Origin: Acidobacteriota bacterium
GTDB lineage: Bacteria; Acidobacteriota; Vicinamibacteria; Vicinamibacterales; CAVVIG01
DNA length: 64,000 nucleotides
Direction of reading: 5' to 3'
Assembly: GCA_003222535.1 (NCBI GenBank)
Contig: QHWJ01000345.1
Location: 1,546 to 65,545 of the forward strand
Made by a program: the position numbers and the translations under genes. The notes below the pieces were generated by a model. That model worked only from the letters and a program-made list of their open reading frames with translations, did not search any database and was not told the DNA's origin. Shown one piece after another: positions 28,262 to 37,807 of this stretch (the stretch's first letter is position 1; each line of letters begins with the position of its first letter).

Positions 28262-29170
28262 TTGATCAAAGAGCATCTCGTTCACGCGTTCGCACACGCC
28301 GCCCTCAGCCCCGATCCCGATCTCGCGGTGGCGGCGCTGATGATCGCGCGCGTCGAGTACCCCAGGCTCGACGCCGGACTCTATCTCGATCGGCTTGATG
28401 CCATCGGCCGCGAGGCCGGACGCCGGGTCGCCGCCGCGGGGGCCGCGACCCGCGATGCGCCCCCGGATGTGGATGCCGACCGTTACGCCCAGGTGATGGC
28501 ATTGAACGACTACCTGTTCGACGAGATGCGCTTCGTCGGCAACCAGGAGCAGTACGAAGATCCGCGCAACAGCTTCCTGAACGAGGTGCTCGATCGTCGC
28601 ACGGGGATTCCCATCACGCTCGCCCTGCTCTACATGGAAGTCGCCAGGCGGGCGGGCCTCCACGTCGAAGGCGTCAACTTCCCGGGGCACTTTCTGCTTC
28701 GGTGTCCGGCCAGACGAGGCCTGCGATACGCCGAGGATCTCATCATCGACGCGTTCCACGGCGGCGCGGTGCTCTCGCGGGAGCTGCTTCGGCACCAGGC
28801 CGGTGCGCGCGAAGACGAGGAAGATCCGGCGCGGTACGAGTCGCGCCTGCTGCCCCACGCGACCAAGCCGCAGATCCTGTCGCGGATGCTGATCAATCTC
28901 AAGCGGGCCTACGTGCGGATGCTGTCGTTCCCGCAGGCGCGCGACGTCACCGAGCTGCTCGTCGCCGTGGATCCGTCGGCGATCAACGAGCTGCGCGACC
29001 GCGGATTGCTGGCGTACCATCTGAAGGATTTTTCAGCCGCGCTCCGCGATCTCCAGGCGTTCCTCCAACTCACGTCGACCGTCAAGCTGGACTACGACGA
29101 GCGCAAGGATCGCGCGCAAATCTGGGAACATGTGAAGACGCTTCGCAAGAGGGTGGCTTCGCTCAACTGA
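28262..29170 (+). CDS. SirB1/YchA-like transglutaminase-like + TPR protein
   Basis: NSFLNEVLDRRTGIPITLALLYMEVARRAGL...GVNFPGHFLL is followed by a TPR-like tail. The TTG start at 28262 lies downstream of the terminator. The ORF-track start (27608) is an artefact. Confidence 0.7.
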   Translation: MIKEHLVHAFAHAALSPDPDLAVAALMIARVEYPRLDAGLYLDRLDAIGREAGRRVAAAGAATRDAPPDVDADRYAQVMALNDYLFDEMRFVGNQEQYEDPRNSFLNEVLDRRTGIPITLALLYMEVARRAGLHVEGVNFPGHFLLRCPARRGLRYAEDLIIDAFHGGAVLSRELLRHQAGAREDEEDPARYESRLLPHATKPQILSRMLINLKRAYVRMLSFPQARDVTELLVAVDPSAINELRDRGLLAYHLKDFSAALRDLQAFLQLTSTVKLDYDERKDRAQIWEHVKTLRKRVASLN

Positions 29171-29181
29171 GGCTCCGCCTC

Positions 29182-29277
29182 GTCATGGCTGATGCTTACA
29201 TCCGCTTGTCATGGCTGATGGCTAATGGTCCGGGCACTCCATAGACCATAGCCATTAGCCATCAGCGATCAGCCATG
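29182..29277. repeat. heptamer-built hairpin (TGGCTRA)n ... (GCCATYA)n
   Basis: gtcatggctgatggctaatggtc (29208-29230) pairs with gaccatagccattagccatcagcgatcagccatg (29245-29277). It lies between two convergent genes, and the stop of the minus-strand gene sits in the right arm. Confidence 0.8.
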
Positions 29278-29954
29278 GTGCGAACGCGTTTCCGGCCCTC
29301 CGGACACTCTTCCAGCAGAGGACACACCGAGCAGTGTGGGTCCCGCTCCGTGCAGGTCGCGGCACCGTGGTGCGAGAGGTAGCTGAACGCGCGGCGAAAT
29401 GCGTCGACCGATCGCGGCAGCTCGCAGGTGAGGGCCTCCTGAACCGATCGGGCCTGCTTCCGGAAATCATCGCTCGCGTCGCCGTAACCGAGCCGCCGGC
29501 CGACCCGGCTGACGCGCGCGTCGACCGGCAGAATGGGATGATCGGCGGCAAAGAGGAGCATCCGATGGGCACCACTCTCGCCAAGCTGGGGCAACGGCTT
29601 GAGCGCGCGGCGCGCGGCGGCGAGCGGGCCGCGGATGACGGCGGGCAGGCTCGGTGAGCGGCGGAACAGGTCGACGCCGGTTCGAAGGGCGCGCAGCCGG
29701 TTCTCGGCGTACGGTCCGGCCAGGGCGACGCTCTCCTCGAGTTTTTTCTGCGGCGCACGCCACATCGCGTCCGGAGTCAGCGCGCGAATCCGCTTGAGCG
29801 CGGTCAACGCCGCGTCCCGCTTGCGCGGCGTCGAGTGCACCGACAGCACTTCCCACACGAACAGTGTGAACGGATCCCTGGGCGGCGTCGGCAGCGGGCC
29901 GTAGAACTTCCGCAGCGCATCCAGCGTGTCCTCGAGCCTCGACACGGGGGACAC
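29262..29954 (-). CDS. HhH-GPD / endonuclease III-like protein with a 4Fe-4S loop
   Basis: LPQLGESGAHRMLLF (HhH) and a C-terminal CTERDPHCSVCPLLEEC cysteine cluster are present. Confidence 0.65.
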   Translation of the reverse strand: MSPVSRLEDTLDALRKFYGPLPTPPRDPFTLFVWEVLSVHSTPRKRDAALTALKRIRALTPDAMWRAPQKKLEESVALAGPYAENRLRALRTGVDLFRRSPSLPAVIRGPLAAARRALKPLPQLGESGAHRMLLFAADHPILPVDARVSRVGRRLGYGDASDDFRKQARSVQEALTCELPRSVDAFRRAFSYLSHHGAATCTERDPHCSVCPLLEECPEGRKRVRTMADR

Positions 29955-29974
29955 TGTACTTCAGCTGTGCGGTG

Positions 29975-31345
29975 TTATCGTGTCGCGGCGATCTCTTCGT
30001 ACAGGATAGCCGCCGAGATAACACCGCCGTGAAAATTGCCCGCGTCGAGCTTCTCGTTCGGCGCATGCGCGTTCTCATCCGGCAGGCCTACTCCGAACAG
30101 GACCGACGGCAGCCCCAGTTCTTCCTGGAAGGTGGACACCACTGGAATCGATCCGCCTTCACGCGTGAACACCGGCTTCCGGCCGAAGCCTTTTTCGATG
30201 GCGCGGCCGGCGGCCTGGACGAATGGATTGTCGTAGGCGGTCATCCACGGCTTCCCGCCGTGCATCCGCGTGATCTTCAGCTCCACGGTCTTCGGCGTGA
30301 TGTCCCGCACGTGCGCCTCGAACAGCTCCGCGATCTTGTCCGGATGCTGGTTCGGCACGAGCCGCATGCTGACCTTCGCCATCGCGACGGCCGGGAGCAC
30401 CGTCTTCGCGCCCTCACCCGTAAACCCTGAGAGGAGCCCGTTCACTTCGAACGTCGGCCGCGCCCAGGTGCGCTCGAGCGTCGTGTAGCCGGTTGCGCCG
30501 AACAGCTTCGGGATGCCGAAGTCGTTCCTGAACTTCTTCTCGTTGAACGGCAGCGACGCCCACGCCTTCCGCTCTTCCTCCTGAAGCGGCGCCACATCGT
30601 CGTAGAAGCCGGGAATCCGGATCCGGCCGCCACGGTCCTTCATCTGGGCGATCATCTGCGACAGGACGAACGCCGGGTTCGCGACGGCGCCGCCGAACGA
30701 TCCCGAGTGCAGGTCGGTGCTGCTGCCGCGCAGGTCGATCTGGAAGTACACGAGACCTCGGAGGCCGTAGCAGATCGACGGCACGCCGCGCGCGAACATC
30801 GGCGAGTCGGAGATGACAACGACGTCCGCCTGCAGCTCGTCCTTGTGCGCGCGGATGAAGTCGTCCAGGTTTGCGCTGCCGACCTCTTCCTCGCCTTCGA
30901 GGATGAACCGCATGTTCGCCGGCAACCGTGCGTTCTGCTTCAAGTGCGCTTCGACCGCCTTGAAGTGCATGAAGACCTGTCCCTTGTCGTCGGCCGACCC
31001 GCGCGCGTAGATCTCGCCGTCGCGCACCGTGGCCTCGAACGGCGGCGATTCCCAGAGCTCGAGCGGATCCACGGGCTGCACGTCATAGTGGCCGTAGAAC
31101 AGAATCGTCGGCGCGCCGGGCGCCCCGAGCCAGTCGCCGTAGACGACCGGGTTGCCGGGCGTGGCGACGAGCCGGACGTTCTGCAGACCGATCCGTCGCA
31201 TCTCGTCGGCGCACCAGTCGGCGCAGCGCCGCACGTCGCCGGCATGCTGGGGCAGCGCGCTGATGCTCGGAATCGCGAGGAACGACTTCAGCTCCTCGAG
31301 ATACCGTTCGCGGTTGACGTTGATGAAATCGATGACGTTGTCCAT
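29975..31345 (-). CDS. M20 family dipeptidase
   Basis: LFYGHYDVQP, RGSADDKGQ and ILEGEEEVGS are present, with a C-terminal GLPDENAHAPNE. ATG at 31345. Confidence 0.9.
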   Translation of the reverse strand: MDNVIDFINVNRERYLEELKSFLAIPSISALPQHAGDVRRCADWCADEMRRIGLQNVRLVATPGNPVVYGDWLGAPGAPTILFYGHYDVQPVDPLELWESPPFEATVRDGEIYARGSADDKGQVFMHFKAVEAHLKQNARLPANMRFILEGEEEVGSANLDDFIRAHKDELQADVVVISDSPMFARGVPSICYGLRGLVYFQIDLRGSSTDLHSGSFGGAVANPAFVLSQMIAQMKDRGGRIRIPGFYDDVAPLQEEERKAWASLPFNEKKFRNDFGIPKLFGATGYTTLERTWARPTFEVNGLLSGFTGEGAKTVLPAVAMAKVSMRLVPNQHPDKIAELFEAHVRDITPKTVELKITRMHGGKPWMTAYDNPFVQAAGRAIEKGFGRKPVFTREGGSIPVVSTFQEELGLPSVLFGVGLPDENAHAPNEKLDAGNFHGGVISAAILYEEIAATR

Positions 31346-31361
31346 GCCCACAGTCACTCCG

Positions 31362-32165
31362 TCAGGTGGCGGCCGCGGTGTCGGCGCCGACGACTGCCAC
31401 CGGAAGCTCGAGATGAAATCGAAATCCGCCATTCACCGGATGCTTGATTTCGAGCGATCCGCCGTGAGCCTGGACGATCTGCCGGCAGGCCGCGAGATCG
31501 CTCGACCATGCCGGTTCGTCGCCGTCGTCAGCCGCGCGATCGTCGACCTCGATGACGAGGCGTTCATCACCGTGCAAGGGATCGCCGCGCCGCGTGGCCA
31601 GCCTCACCGCCACCGACTCGCGCCCCGCGAGCGACGAGCGGGCTGTGGGGCGTGCCAGCAGCGTCGCCAGCACTTTCTCGAGCTGGCGGCCATCCACGTA
31701 CATCAGGGGGAGACGGTCGGCCAGCGCCAGGTGCAAGCCGACACCCGAGGCGTCGAGCTCCCGCCGCATCCCGCCGACGGCGCGGGCGACCAGCTCGTTG
31801 ATGTCCTGCCACCGGCGCTTCAGCGCCGACGCTTCGGTGAACGCGAGCAGATTGCGGACGATGCCCGCCGCACGCGTAGCGTTCTCCTGGATCTCGCGCA
31901 GGGCGGTGGCGGACGCGGCCCCGAGCCCGCCCGCCGCGATCATCAACTCGGTGTTCCCGATGACGCCCTGCAGCGGGCCCTTGAGTTCCTGCGCGAGGCC
32001 GGACATGAGCTGGCCGACATGAGCGAGCTGCTGGTGCTCGCTGACCTGGGCGCGGGTCGCGGCGAGCTGCTCCCGAAGCTGCGCCTGCGCCCGCCGCCAC
32101 CTCAGGTCGCGGACGATCAGCAGCGCGACCAGGGCCACCGCCACCGAGATTCCTACAGCGTCCAT
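31362..32165 (-). CDS. membrane-anchored histidine-kinase-like protein with degenerate catalytic motifs
   Basis: It has one N-terminal TM helix. A DHp-like segment LMSGLAQELKGPLQGVIGNTEL carries Q where the phospho-acceptor H is expected. The GHKL-like tail lacks recognisable N, G1 and G2 boxes. Confidence 0.65.
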   Translation of the reverse strand: MDAVGISVAVALVALLIVRDLRWRRAQAQLREQLAATRAQVSEHQQLAHVGQLMSGLAQELKGPLQGVIGNTELMIAAGGLGAASATALREIQENATRAAGIVRNLLAFTEASALKRRWQDINELVARAVGGMRRELDASGVGLHLALADRLPLMYVDGRQLEKVLATLLARPTARSSLAGRESVAVRLATRRGDPLHGDERLVIEVDDRAADDGDEPAWSSDLAACRQIVQAHGGSLEIKHPVNGGFRFHLELPVAVVGADTAAAT

Positions 32166-32968
32166 CGACCGTCTTCGTTCGCGGCGCGCCCGTCCGTCCT
32201 CAGCTTTTCGAGGTGGGCCCGTACGTTTTCCCGCGCGGCCGGCATCAGTGCCGGCGCGAGACCATCATAGATGGATTCGGCAATGGCCTGCACGGTGTCG
32301 TGGCCCGCGCGAAGCGCGTCGAGGACCTGCCGCTCGCGCTGGCGGCGATGTTCGAGGTACCCGAGGAGCACGGTCCGCGGATCGTCGATGGCCGGACCGT
32401 GTGCCGGCAGCAGCCGCCGCGGGGCGAGGGTGAGGAGGCGCTCGAGCGACGCAAGGTATTGCGCGAGATCGCCGCCGCGGCTCCAGTGAATCATGACGCT
32501 GCTGCCCTGCGCGACGAGATCGCCGGTGAAGATGGTCCCGCTTGGCCGGTGCCAGAACGCCATGTGGTCCGGCGAGTGCCCCGGCGTGTGCAGCGCCGTC
32601 AACGGCTCTTCAGCGGCGACGATCACGTCTCCGTCGCCTGCCGATCGCCACGCCACGCCATACTGCGCGTCCTCTTCCGGCCACGGGTACTTGGTGAAGA
32701 CCGCTTCAGGAAACGCGGCCGCGATCGCCGGCGCGCCGCCGGCATGATCGCGGTGACCGTGCGTCACGAGGACCCTCTCGAGCCGCGCGCTGCGCGCGTC
32801 CAACGTCCATGTGAGCTCTTCCAGATGCGCCGATTCGCCGACGCCCGCATCGATCAAGCCCGCCGATCCTTCGCCGCCGATCAGAAGGTACGTGTTGTTG
32901 CCCGGGCCGGTCATCGGGCCCGGGTTGTGGGCTGTGAGCAGCTGCGGCTCGAAGCGGGTCACAAACAC
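32153..32968 (-). CDS. MBL-fold metallo-hydrolase
   Basis: VLVTHGHRDHAGG and TPGHSPDH are present. The GTG start abuts the TAG stop of the upstream gene. Confidence 0.85.
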   Translation of the reverse strand: MFVTRFEPQLLTAHNPGPMTGPGNNTYLLIGGEGSAGLIDAGVGESAHLEELTWTLDARSARLERVLVTHGHRDHAGGAPAIAAAFPEAVFTKYPWPEEDAQYGVAWRSAGDGDVIVAAEEPLTALHTPGHSPDHMAFWHRPSGTIFTGDLVAQGSSVMIHWSRGGDLAQYLASLERLLTLAPRRLLPAHGPAIDDPRTVLLGYLEHRRQRERQVLDALRAGHDTVQAIAESIYDGLAPALMPAARENVRAHLEKLRTDGRAANEDGRWTL

Positions 32969-34306
32969 CTAGAAACTATATCGAACCGCGGCCGCGACGT
33001 GAGAATTCCGATGGTATTGGCCGAGGAAGTCGTCGCTGTGGCCGGTGACGAGGACGGCTGTGACGGTGCCGCGCCAATGAGGGCCGCGTGCCTGCGAGTA
33101 CTCCGCCTTGCCGTACTCGCCGTGGAGGTTCTGGCGGATGGCGCTCTCGAATGCCAGGCTGCGGTTTGGATCGATCGTGTAGGACGCACGCGCCACGAGC
33201 GACCGCGTCATGCCGCGATCTGGAGCAAACGTGAGCGCGGGGCGGCGGACGGTGATGGCTTCGCCCGCGTAGCCGCCGGCGATCATCCACTCACCCGTCT
33301 GCCGCTCGACTTGCATCACGTACAGAACGTACTCGTCCGTCGCCGGCGACGATGACGTGAAATAACCGAGTTCGCCTTTGAGCGTGAACCACCGCGTCGG
33401 CACGGCCGCGTCAGCGCCGTACGTCCGGATCGCGGGATAGGTGCGGCGGATCACGATGTACGGAGAGCTCGCGGAGCACGCAGAGCACGTCTTCTCCGCG
33501 GTCTTTACCGTCTCTCGGCTCGACGTCGTGGCGACGTCGATGTTCGGCAAGTGGTTGAAGCCGTTGAAAAACGACAACGAGTACTCGAACCCGGACCCGG
33601 TGTGGCCCCATCGCAGACCGGTTTCGCGTCCATCCGGCAGCACCGATCCGGCGTCCACGATCGGAATCGGCGCCGCGTCAGCCGGCACGACGGTCCACCG
33701 CTGGTTTGCGAGCGGCACGCGGCTCGGGGTGAAGCGCGGCACCCAGACGGCCTCGAGCGTCTCGTTCTCGATCTGCGCGACGCCGCGAACGCCGGTCACG
33801 GCGAGAAACCCGGCGTCGACCACATTGGTGAAGTCGCGCGGCGCGAAACGGTCGGTCGGGTTGATGATGTCCGCCTTGCCCCACCGGATGAACTGCTTGC
33901 CGGCGTCGACGGTGAACGGCCCGCGCGTGAGCGTCGCGGTCAGGCGGCGGATGGAGGCGCGTGGCCTCCTGGCGCTGCGGTCGTCGAGATCGAGGCGCCA
34001 TCTCTCGTCGACCTGGTCGTGCGAGTTGGCTCGCAGATCGAGTGCGCCCCCAAGCTGCATCCACGGCACCGGCTTGAAAAACACCTCCTCGCGGAGCAGC
34101 AGGTCGCCGACGGCACGAGTCGGATCGTTGGACGCCTGTTGCGGAAACAGGAGCCCGCGGCCTTCGACGAAACCGCGCCCGGTCAGCGCCTGCGCCGACG
34201 TCTCTGCGCACCACAGCATTCGAACGCCGTCATATCTCGAGGACAAGAGGGACGCGAGGCACACGAAGGTGATTCGGCACCAGCGCGAGAGGGGCGGTCG
34301 CCGCAT
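32969..34306 (-). CDS. outer-membrane beta-barrel protein (DUF1302/porin-like), function unknown
   Basis: A signal-like N-terminus is present, with alternating beta-strand patterning throughout and an aromatic C-terminal end ...AAAVRYSF. The ATG at 34306 was chosen; the upstream part of the ORF track is Arg-rich junk. Confidence 0.6.
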   Translation of the reverse strand: MRRPPLSRWCRITFVCLASLLSSRYDGVRMLWCAETSAQALTGRGFVEGRGLLFPQQASNDPTRAVGDLLLREEVFFKPVPWMQLGGALDLRANSHDQVDERWRLDLDDRSARRPRASIRRLTATLTRGPFTVDAGKQFIRWGKADIINPTDRFAPRDFTNVVDAGFLAVTGVRGVAQIENETLEAVWVPRFTPSRVPLANQRWTVVPADAAPIPIVDAGSVLPDGRETGLRWGHTGSGFEYSLSFFNGFNHLPNIDVATTSSRETVKTAEKTCSACSASSPYIVIRRTYPAIRTYGADAAVPTRWFTLKGELGYFTSSSPATDEYVLYVMQVERQTGEWMIAGGYAGEAITVRRPALTFAPDRGMTRSLVARASYTIDPNRSLAFESAIRQNLHGEYGKAEYSQARGPHWRGTVTAVLVTGHSDDFLGQYHRNSHVAAAVRYSF

Positions 34307-34328
34307 GGTAACGACGCTTCGCCTCAAA

Positions 34329-34363
34329 CCGCCGAGTGACGATGAGCGGTCGGTCCGCGAATC
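34329..34363. repeat. dispersed ~33-nt element, copy 1
   Basis: ccgccgagtgacgATgagcggtcggtccgcgaAtc recurs at 61884-61917 as ccgccgagtgacgCgagcggtcggtccgcgaCtc, in the same orientation. Confidence 0.65.
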
Positions 34364-34410
34364 TTCGTTACCAGGCGGCCGCTGTGCGGCTGCTAAGACA
34401 GCTTCTATCA

Positions 34411-35193
34411 CTACTGTCTTCGAATCGCCTGCAGCGTGAAGTCCTCGTCCTTGAGCGGCAGGTTGTATTCCAGCTTCTCGAGCGTCATCCGCGTGCGAGT
34501 GCCGCGCTTGAGGTCCGACATCTCGAGCAGCCGGGCGGTCCATATGCCCTGCACGTTCTGAAAACCGGAGTAGTTCAGGCGGCGCACGACCAGGTCCTTC
34601 ACGTAGCTCTCGATCCGCGCGAACGCGTAGTTGTCTTTCCGGATCCACACGATCGATCGCGTGTACTGCGACGACCTGGATTCCCGCGGGGTCGACTGAA
34701 TCTTCCAGCAGGCGGCCCCGTCCACGGCTTCCTCGCCGCCGAGCGCGTACTCGTACTGGCTGACGTCCCGCTCCTCGAGGTCCTCGAAGCTGAAATCGGT
34801 GCCGAAGAATCTCGTCGAGCGGTCCTGCAGCGCGATCCGGCGGTCGCGCTCGATGGCCGGCGTCCACATCCACTGGTCCGACGCGCGGTCGGGATGGTTG
34901 ACCACGAGGAGCGCCACGCCCTTCACTTCCGCGGGCAGCGTGAAACGCAGCACGACCCTGCTCTGCCCGTGCGAGCCGAGCCGCTCGAGGGTCCACCGTT
35001 TGTCACTGATCCTGCCGTTGTGGTCGAACACCTGCAGCAGCCCTTCGTAGCGCTGCGACCTGGCGTCGGTGCGCTTTTGCGCTTCCTCGACGATCTGACG
35101 GGCGTTGTCGGCTGCGTTCATTGGATATCGCCAGGCTGCGAAGAGTGCCACGCAGACGAACAGCGTTTTTCCTGGCCGACCTGGCCGACCCAC
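34411..35193 (-). CDS. LolA-like outer-membrane lipoprotein-sorting protein family (PF17131-like)
   Basis: WMWTPAIERDRRI, FFGTDFSFEDLEERD and the body length are typical of LolA_like proteins. The start is uncertain: the GTG at 35193 gives the signal peptide MGRPGRPGKTLFVCVALFAAWRYPMNA. Confidence 0.7.
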   Translation of the reverse strand: MGRPGRPGKTLFVCVALFAAWRYPMNAADNARQIVEEAQKRTDARSQRYEGLLQVFDHNGRISDKRWTLERLGSHGQSRVVLRFTLPAEVKGVALLVVNHPDRASDQWMWTPAIERDRRIALQDRSTRFFGTDFSFEDLEERDVSQYEYALGGEEAVDGAACWKIQSTPRESRSSQYTRSIVWIRKDNYAFARIESYVKDLVVRRLNYSGFQNVQGIWTARLLEMSDLKRGTRTRMTLEKLEYNLPLKDEDFTLQAIRRQ

Positions 35194-35252
35194 CCGACCT
35201 ACCTGACCCACCCGACCTGCCTCGCCTACCTGACCCACCTGACCCACCTGCC
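35171..35252 (-). repeat. degenerate hexamer array, G-rich on the minus (sense) strand
   Basis: The plus strand reads cctggccgacctggccgacccacccgacctacctgacccacccgacctgcctcgcctacctgacccacctgacccacctgcc. It is the same family as 23494-23728. It begins 2 nt from the permease stop codon, and the chosen LolA-like start (35193) lies within it. Confidence 0.85.
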
Positions 35253-35254
35253 CT

Positions 35255-37807
35255 TCACTCATATTCCAGCGCCTCGACGAGCGATCCGTGCACCGCCGAT
35301 TCCGCCGGCCAGATCGCCGCGATGAACGCAGCGCTCAGAATCGTCGGCACCAGCGCGAGCACGGTCCCAAACGGGAACGCGTAGTCCAACCGCATGCCCA
35401 CGATGTCGCGATGCACGATCTGCAGGATGTAGTAGAGATTGACCGCGCCCAGCGAGAAGCCGAGTGCGAGGCCGAGCGTGCCGATGCCGAGCGCCTCCAG
35501 CCAGATGGTCCGGCGGATCTGACCGTGCAGTCCGCCCACGGCCCTCAGCACGCCCAGTTCCCGGCGTCGATCGGTGATGGACACGGTCAAGGTGTTCACG
35601 ATGCCGAGAATCGCGACGAGCACCGCAACGGCGATCTGCACGGACGTGAGCCCGAACCATTGGTCGGTGATCTTCAGGATGTAGCCCTTGAGCTCGGCGT
35701 TCGTCAGCACGAACACCTGCCGCTGGCCCGCGTACCGTTCGAGAATCCGCCGGCGGACGTCCGGCACCCGGGCGCCCGGCTTCACGTACACGCGAAACGC
35801 GTTCAAGGAGTCGTCGTCCCAGTACCGCACGAACACGCTGCGGTCCATGAGGATTGTGCCCTGCTGGTCCGAGTAGTCGACGATGATGCCCGCGATCGGC
35901 AGACGGATGAGGCCATTGGGGGCGGGAATGTCGAGCCGCTCACCGAGCGTGAGATGCTTGAGCTGCGCCAGATTGTCGGACACCATCAGGCCTTCCCCGG
36001 CCGCGGTCCGCCGGTACATCTCGTCAGCATTTCCCTCGACCGGTGCCCGGCGCGCCGTCTGGGCAATGCTGGCCATCTCGACGGCCACGACCATCACGGG
36101 CGTCTTACGAAACACGACCCGCGCTTCGCGCACCATCTGCACGCGCTCGACTCCCGGAATCGCCGCCACCTCGGGCGCCATCGTGGCCGGAAACCGAATC
36201 GTGCGGACGGTGATGCTGTGCGACGGCATGATGAACAGGTCCGGATTGAGGGTCGTGTTCATCCAGTCGATGATCGAGTCGTAGCTGGCGCGCGCCATGC
36301 CGGCAAACGCCACGACCAGCGCGAGCGAGAGCATGAGCGCGGCGACGCTCGCTGACGTCCGTCGCGGCGACTGAATCAGGCTGTCTGCGGCGAGAGCACC
36401 TTCGACCGGCCGCAGCCACTTCAGCACCGGCCGAATGGCTTTTGCCATCGCCAGCGACAGCAGCGGGCTGACGAGCAGCGCGACGACAATGGCGAGCACG
36501 TACCCCGTGTAGAAGACCGGCCGCGATCGGCCGATGGAGAGGCAGACGATCGACACGGCACCAAGCACCAGCGCGAGGATCGTCCGCAGGCGGCTTTCTC
36601 CCGCCGACAAGACCTGATACTTGCCCTTCTGAAGCGCCTGGACGGGATCGACGCGGGCCGCGTTGCGCGCGGGAATCGCAGCCGCCACGATGCTGGTCGT
36701 GACACCGATGCCGAGCGCCAGCACGAGCAGCGCCGGACTCGCGGACAACTCGCCGGCGTGCTGCGCCACGCCGTAGGAATCGCCAATCAGCGTCGCGATC
36801 GACGCCGCAATGGCTCTGGCGATCAGGATGCCGAAGGCGAGACCACCGAGCGAGCCGACCACGCCGGTGACGGCGCTTTCGCCGAGGAACAGCCATCGAA
36901 TCTGCCCGCCAGTGGCGCCGAGCGCGCGCAGAATTCCGATTTCAGCGCGCCGCTCGGTCACCGCAATGGCGAACGAGTTGTAGATGATGAACATCCCGAT
37001 GAAGAGCGCGAACAGGCTCGAAATGCCCACCATCATCGAATAGGCCGCCAGCATGTCCTCGAATTGCCGGCCGCGGCCCGACGGCGGCTCGACCTGGAAG
37101 CCCGGACCGAGCATCGCGCTCAGCTCCTGCTCGCAGTCCTTCAGTGTGCGCCCGGGCCTCACCGCGAGGTCGATCCGATCGAACGTGCGGCCGCGTCCGA
37201 ACATCTTCTGCGCCGCGTAGATGTCCATGATCGCCAGGTTGCCGCCGAAGGCGCTCGCCAGCCCTGACGATTTCATGACGCCGCGCACGGTGAACGACTG
37301 CTCGCCTTCCGCCGTGCCGAGCGTCAGACGGCCGCCGACGGTGATGTGGTTCCTCCCGGCGAGCTCTTTCGAGAGCATGATCGAGTCGGGCTGGGCGAGA
37401 AAGACGAGGGGATCGTCGACGAGCGCCTCGTCGCCGCTCTCGAGGTCGTAGTCGCGCAGGGTGCGGTCCCCCGTCATGTCGATGCCGAGCACGAGCAGGC
37501 TGCCCTGGCCGTTGAGATTCGTGTCGACGACCGCTTCGATCACCGGAACCGCCACGCGCACGGTCGGCGCGGCCTGCACCTTCTCCAGCACCCCTTCGTT
37601 GAATCCGGCCTCTCCGGCCGTGACCTCCAGCTCGGTCTTCCCCGCAATGCGGTCGACCGTCCGCGAAAACGCAAACAGCACACTCGAGTTCGCGGTGTGC
37701 ATGCCGACGAACACGGCGACGCCGAGCACGATGCCGCCGGTCGTCAGCGCCGTCCGGAGCACGTGCTTGCGGAAATACGGCCAGCTGATCAGCCCGAGCA
37801 GAATCAT
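35255..37807 (-). CDS. ABC transporter permease, double FtsX/MacB-type (850 aa)
   Basis: There are two FtsX domains (ERRAEIGILRALGATGGQI and DRRRELGVLRAVGGLHGQI), each preceded by a large periplasmic segment. Confidence 0.9.
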   Translation of the reverse strand: MILLGLISWPYFRKHVLRTALTTGGIVLGVAVFVGMHTANSSVLFAFSRTVDRIAGKTELEVTAGEAGFNEGVLEKVQAAPTVRVAVPVIEAVVDTNLNGQGSLLVLGIDMTGDRTLRDYDLESGDEALVDDPLVFLAQPDSIMLSKELAGRNHITVGGRLTLGTAEGEQSFTVRGVMKSSGLASAFGGNLAIMDIYAAQKMFGRGRTFDRIDLAVRPGRTLKDCEQELSAMLGPGFQVEPPSGRGRQFEDMLAAYSMMVGISSLFALFIGMFIIYNSFAIAVTERRAEIGILRALGATGGQIRWLFLGESAVTGVVGSLGGLAFGILIARAIAASIATLIGDSYGVAQHAGELSASPALLVLALGIGVTTSIVAAAIPARNAARVDPVQALQKGKYQVLSAGESRLRTILALVLGAVSIVCLSIGRSRPVFYTGYVLAIVVALLVSPLLSLAMAKAIRPVLKWLRPVEGALAADSLIQSPRRTSASVAALMLSLALVVAFAGMARASYDSIIDWMNTTLNPDLFIMPSHSITVRTIRFPATMAPEVAAIPGVERVQMVREARVVFRKTPVMVVAVEMASIAQTARRAPVEGNADEMYRRTAAGEGLMVSDNLAQLKHLTLGERLDIPAPNGLIRLPIAGIIVDYSDQQGTILMDRSVFVRYWDDDSLNAFRVYVKPGARVPDVRRRILERYAGQRQVFVLTNAELKGYILKITDQWFGLTSVQIAVAVLVAILGIVNTLTVSITDRRRELGVLRAVGGLHGQIRRTIWLEALGIGTLGLALGFSLGAVNLYYILQIVHRDIVGMRLDYAFPFGTVLALVPTILSAAFIAAIWPAESAVHGSLVEALEYE

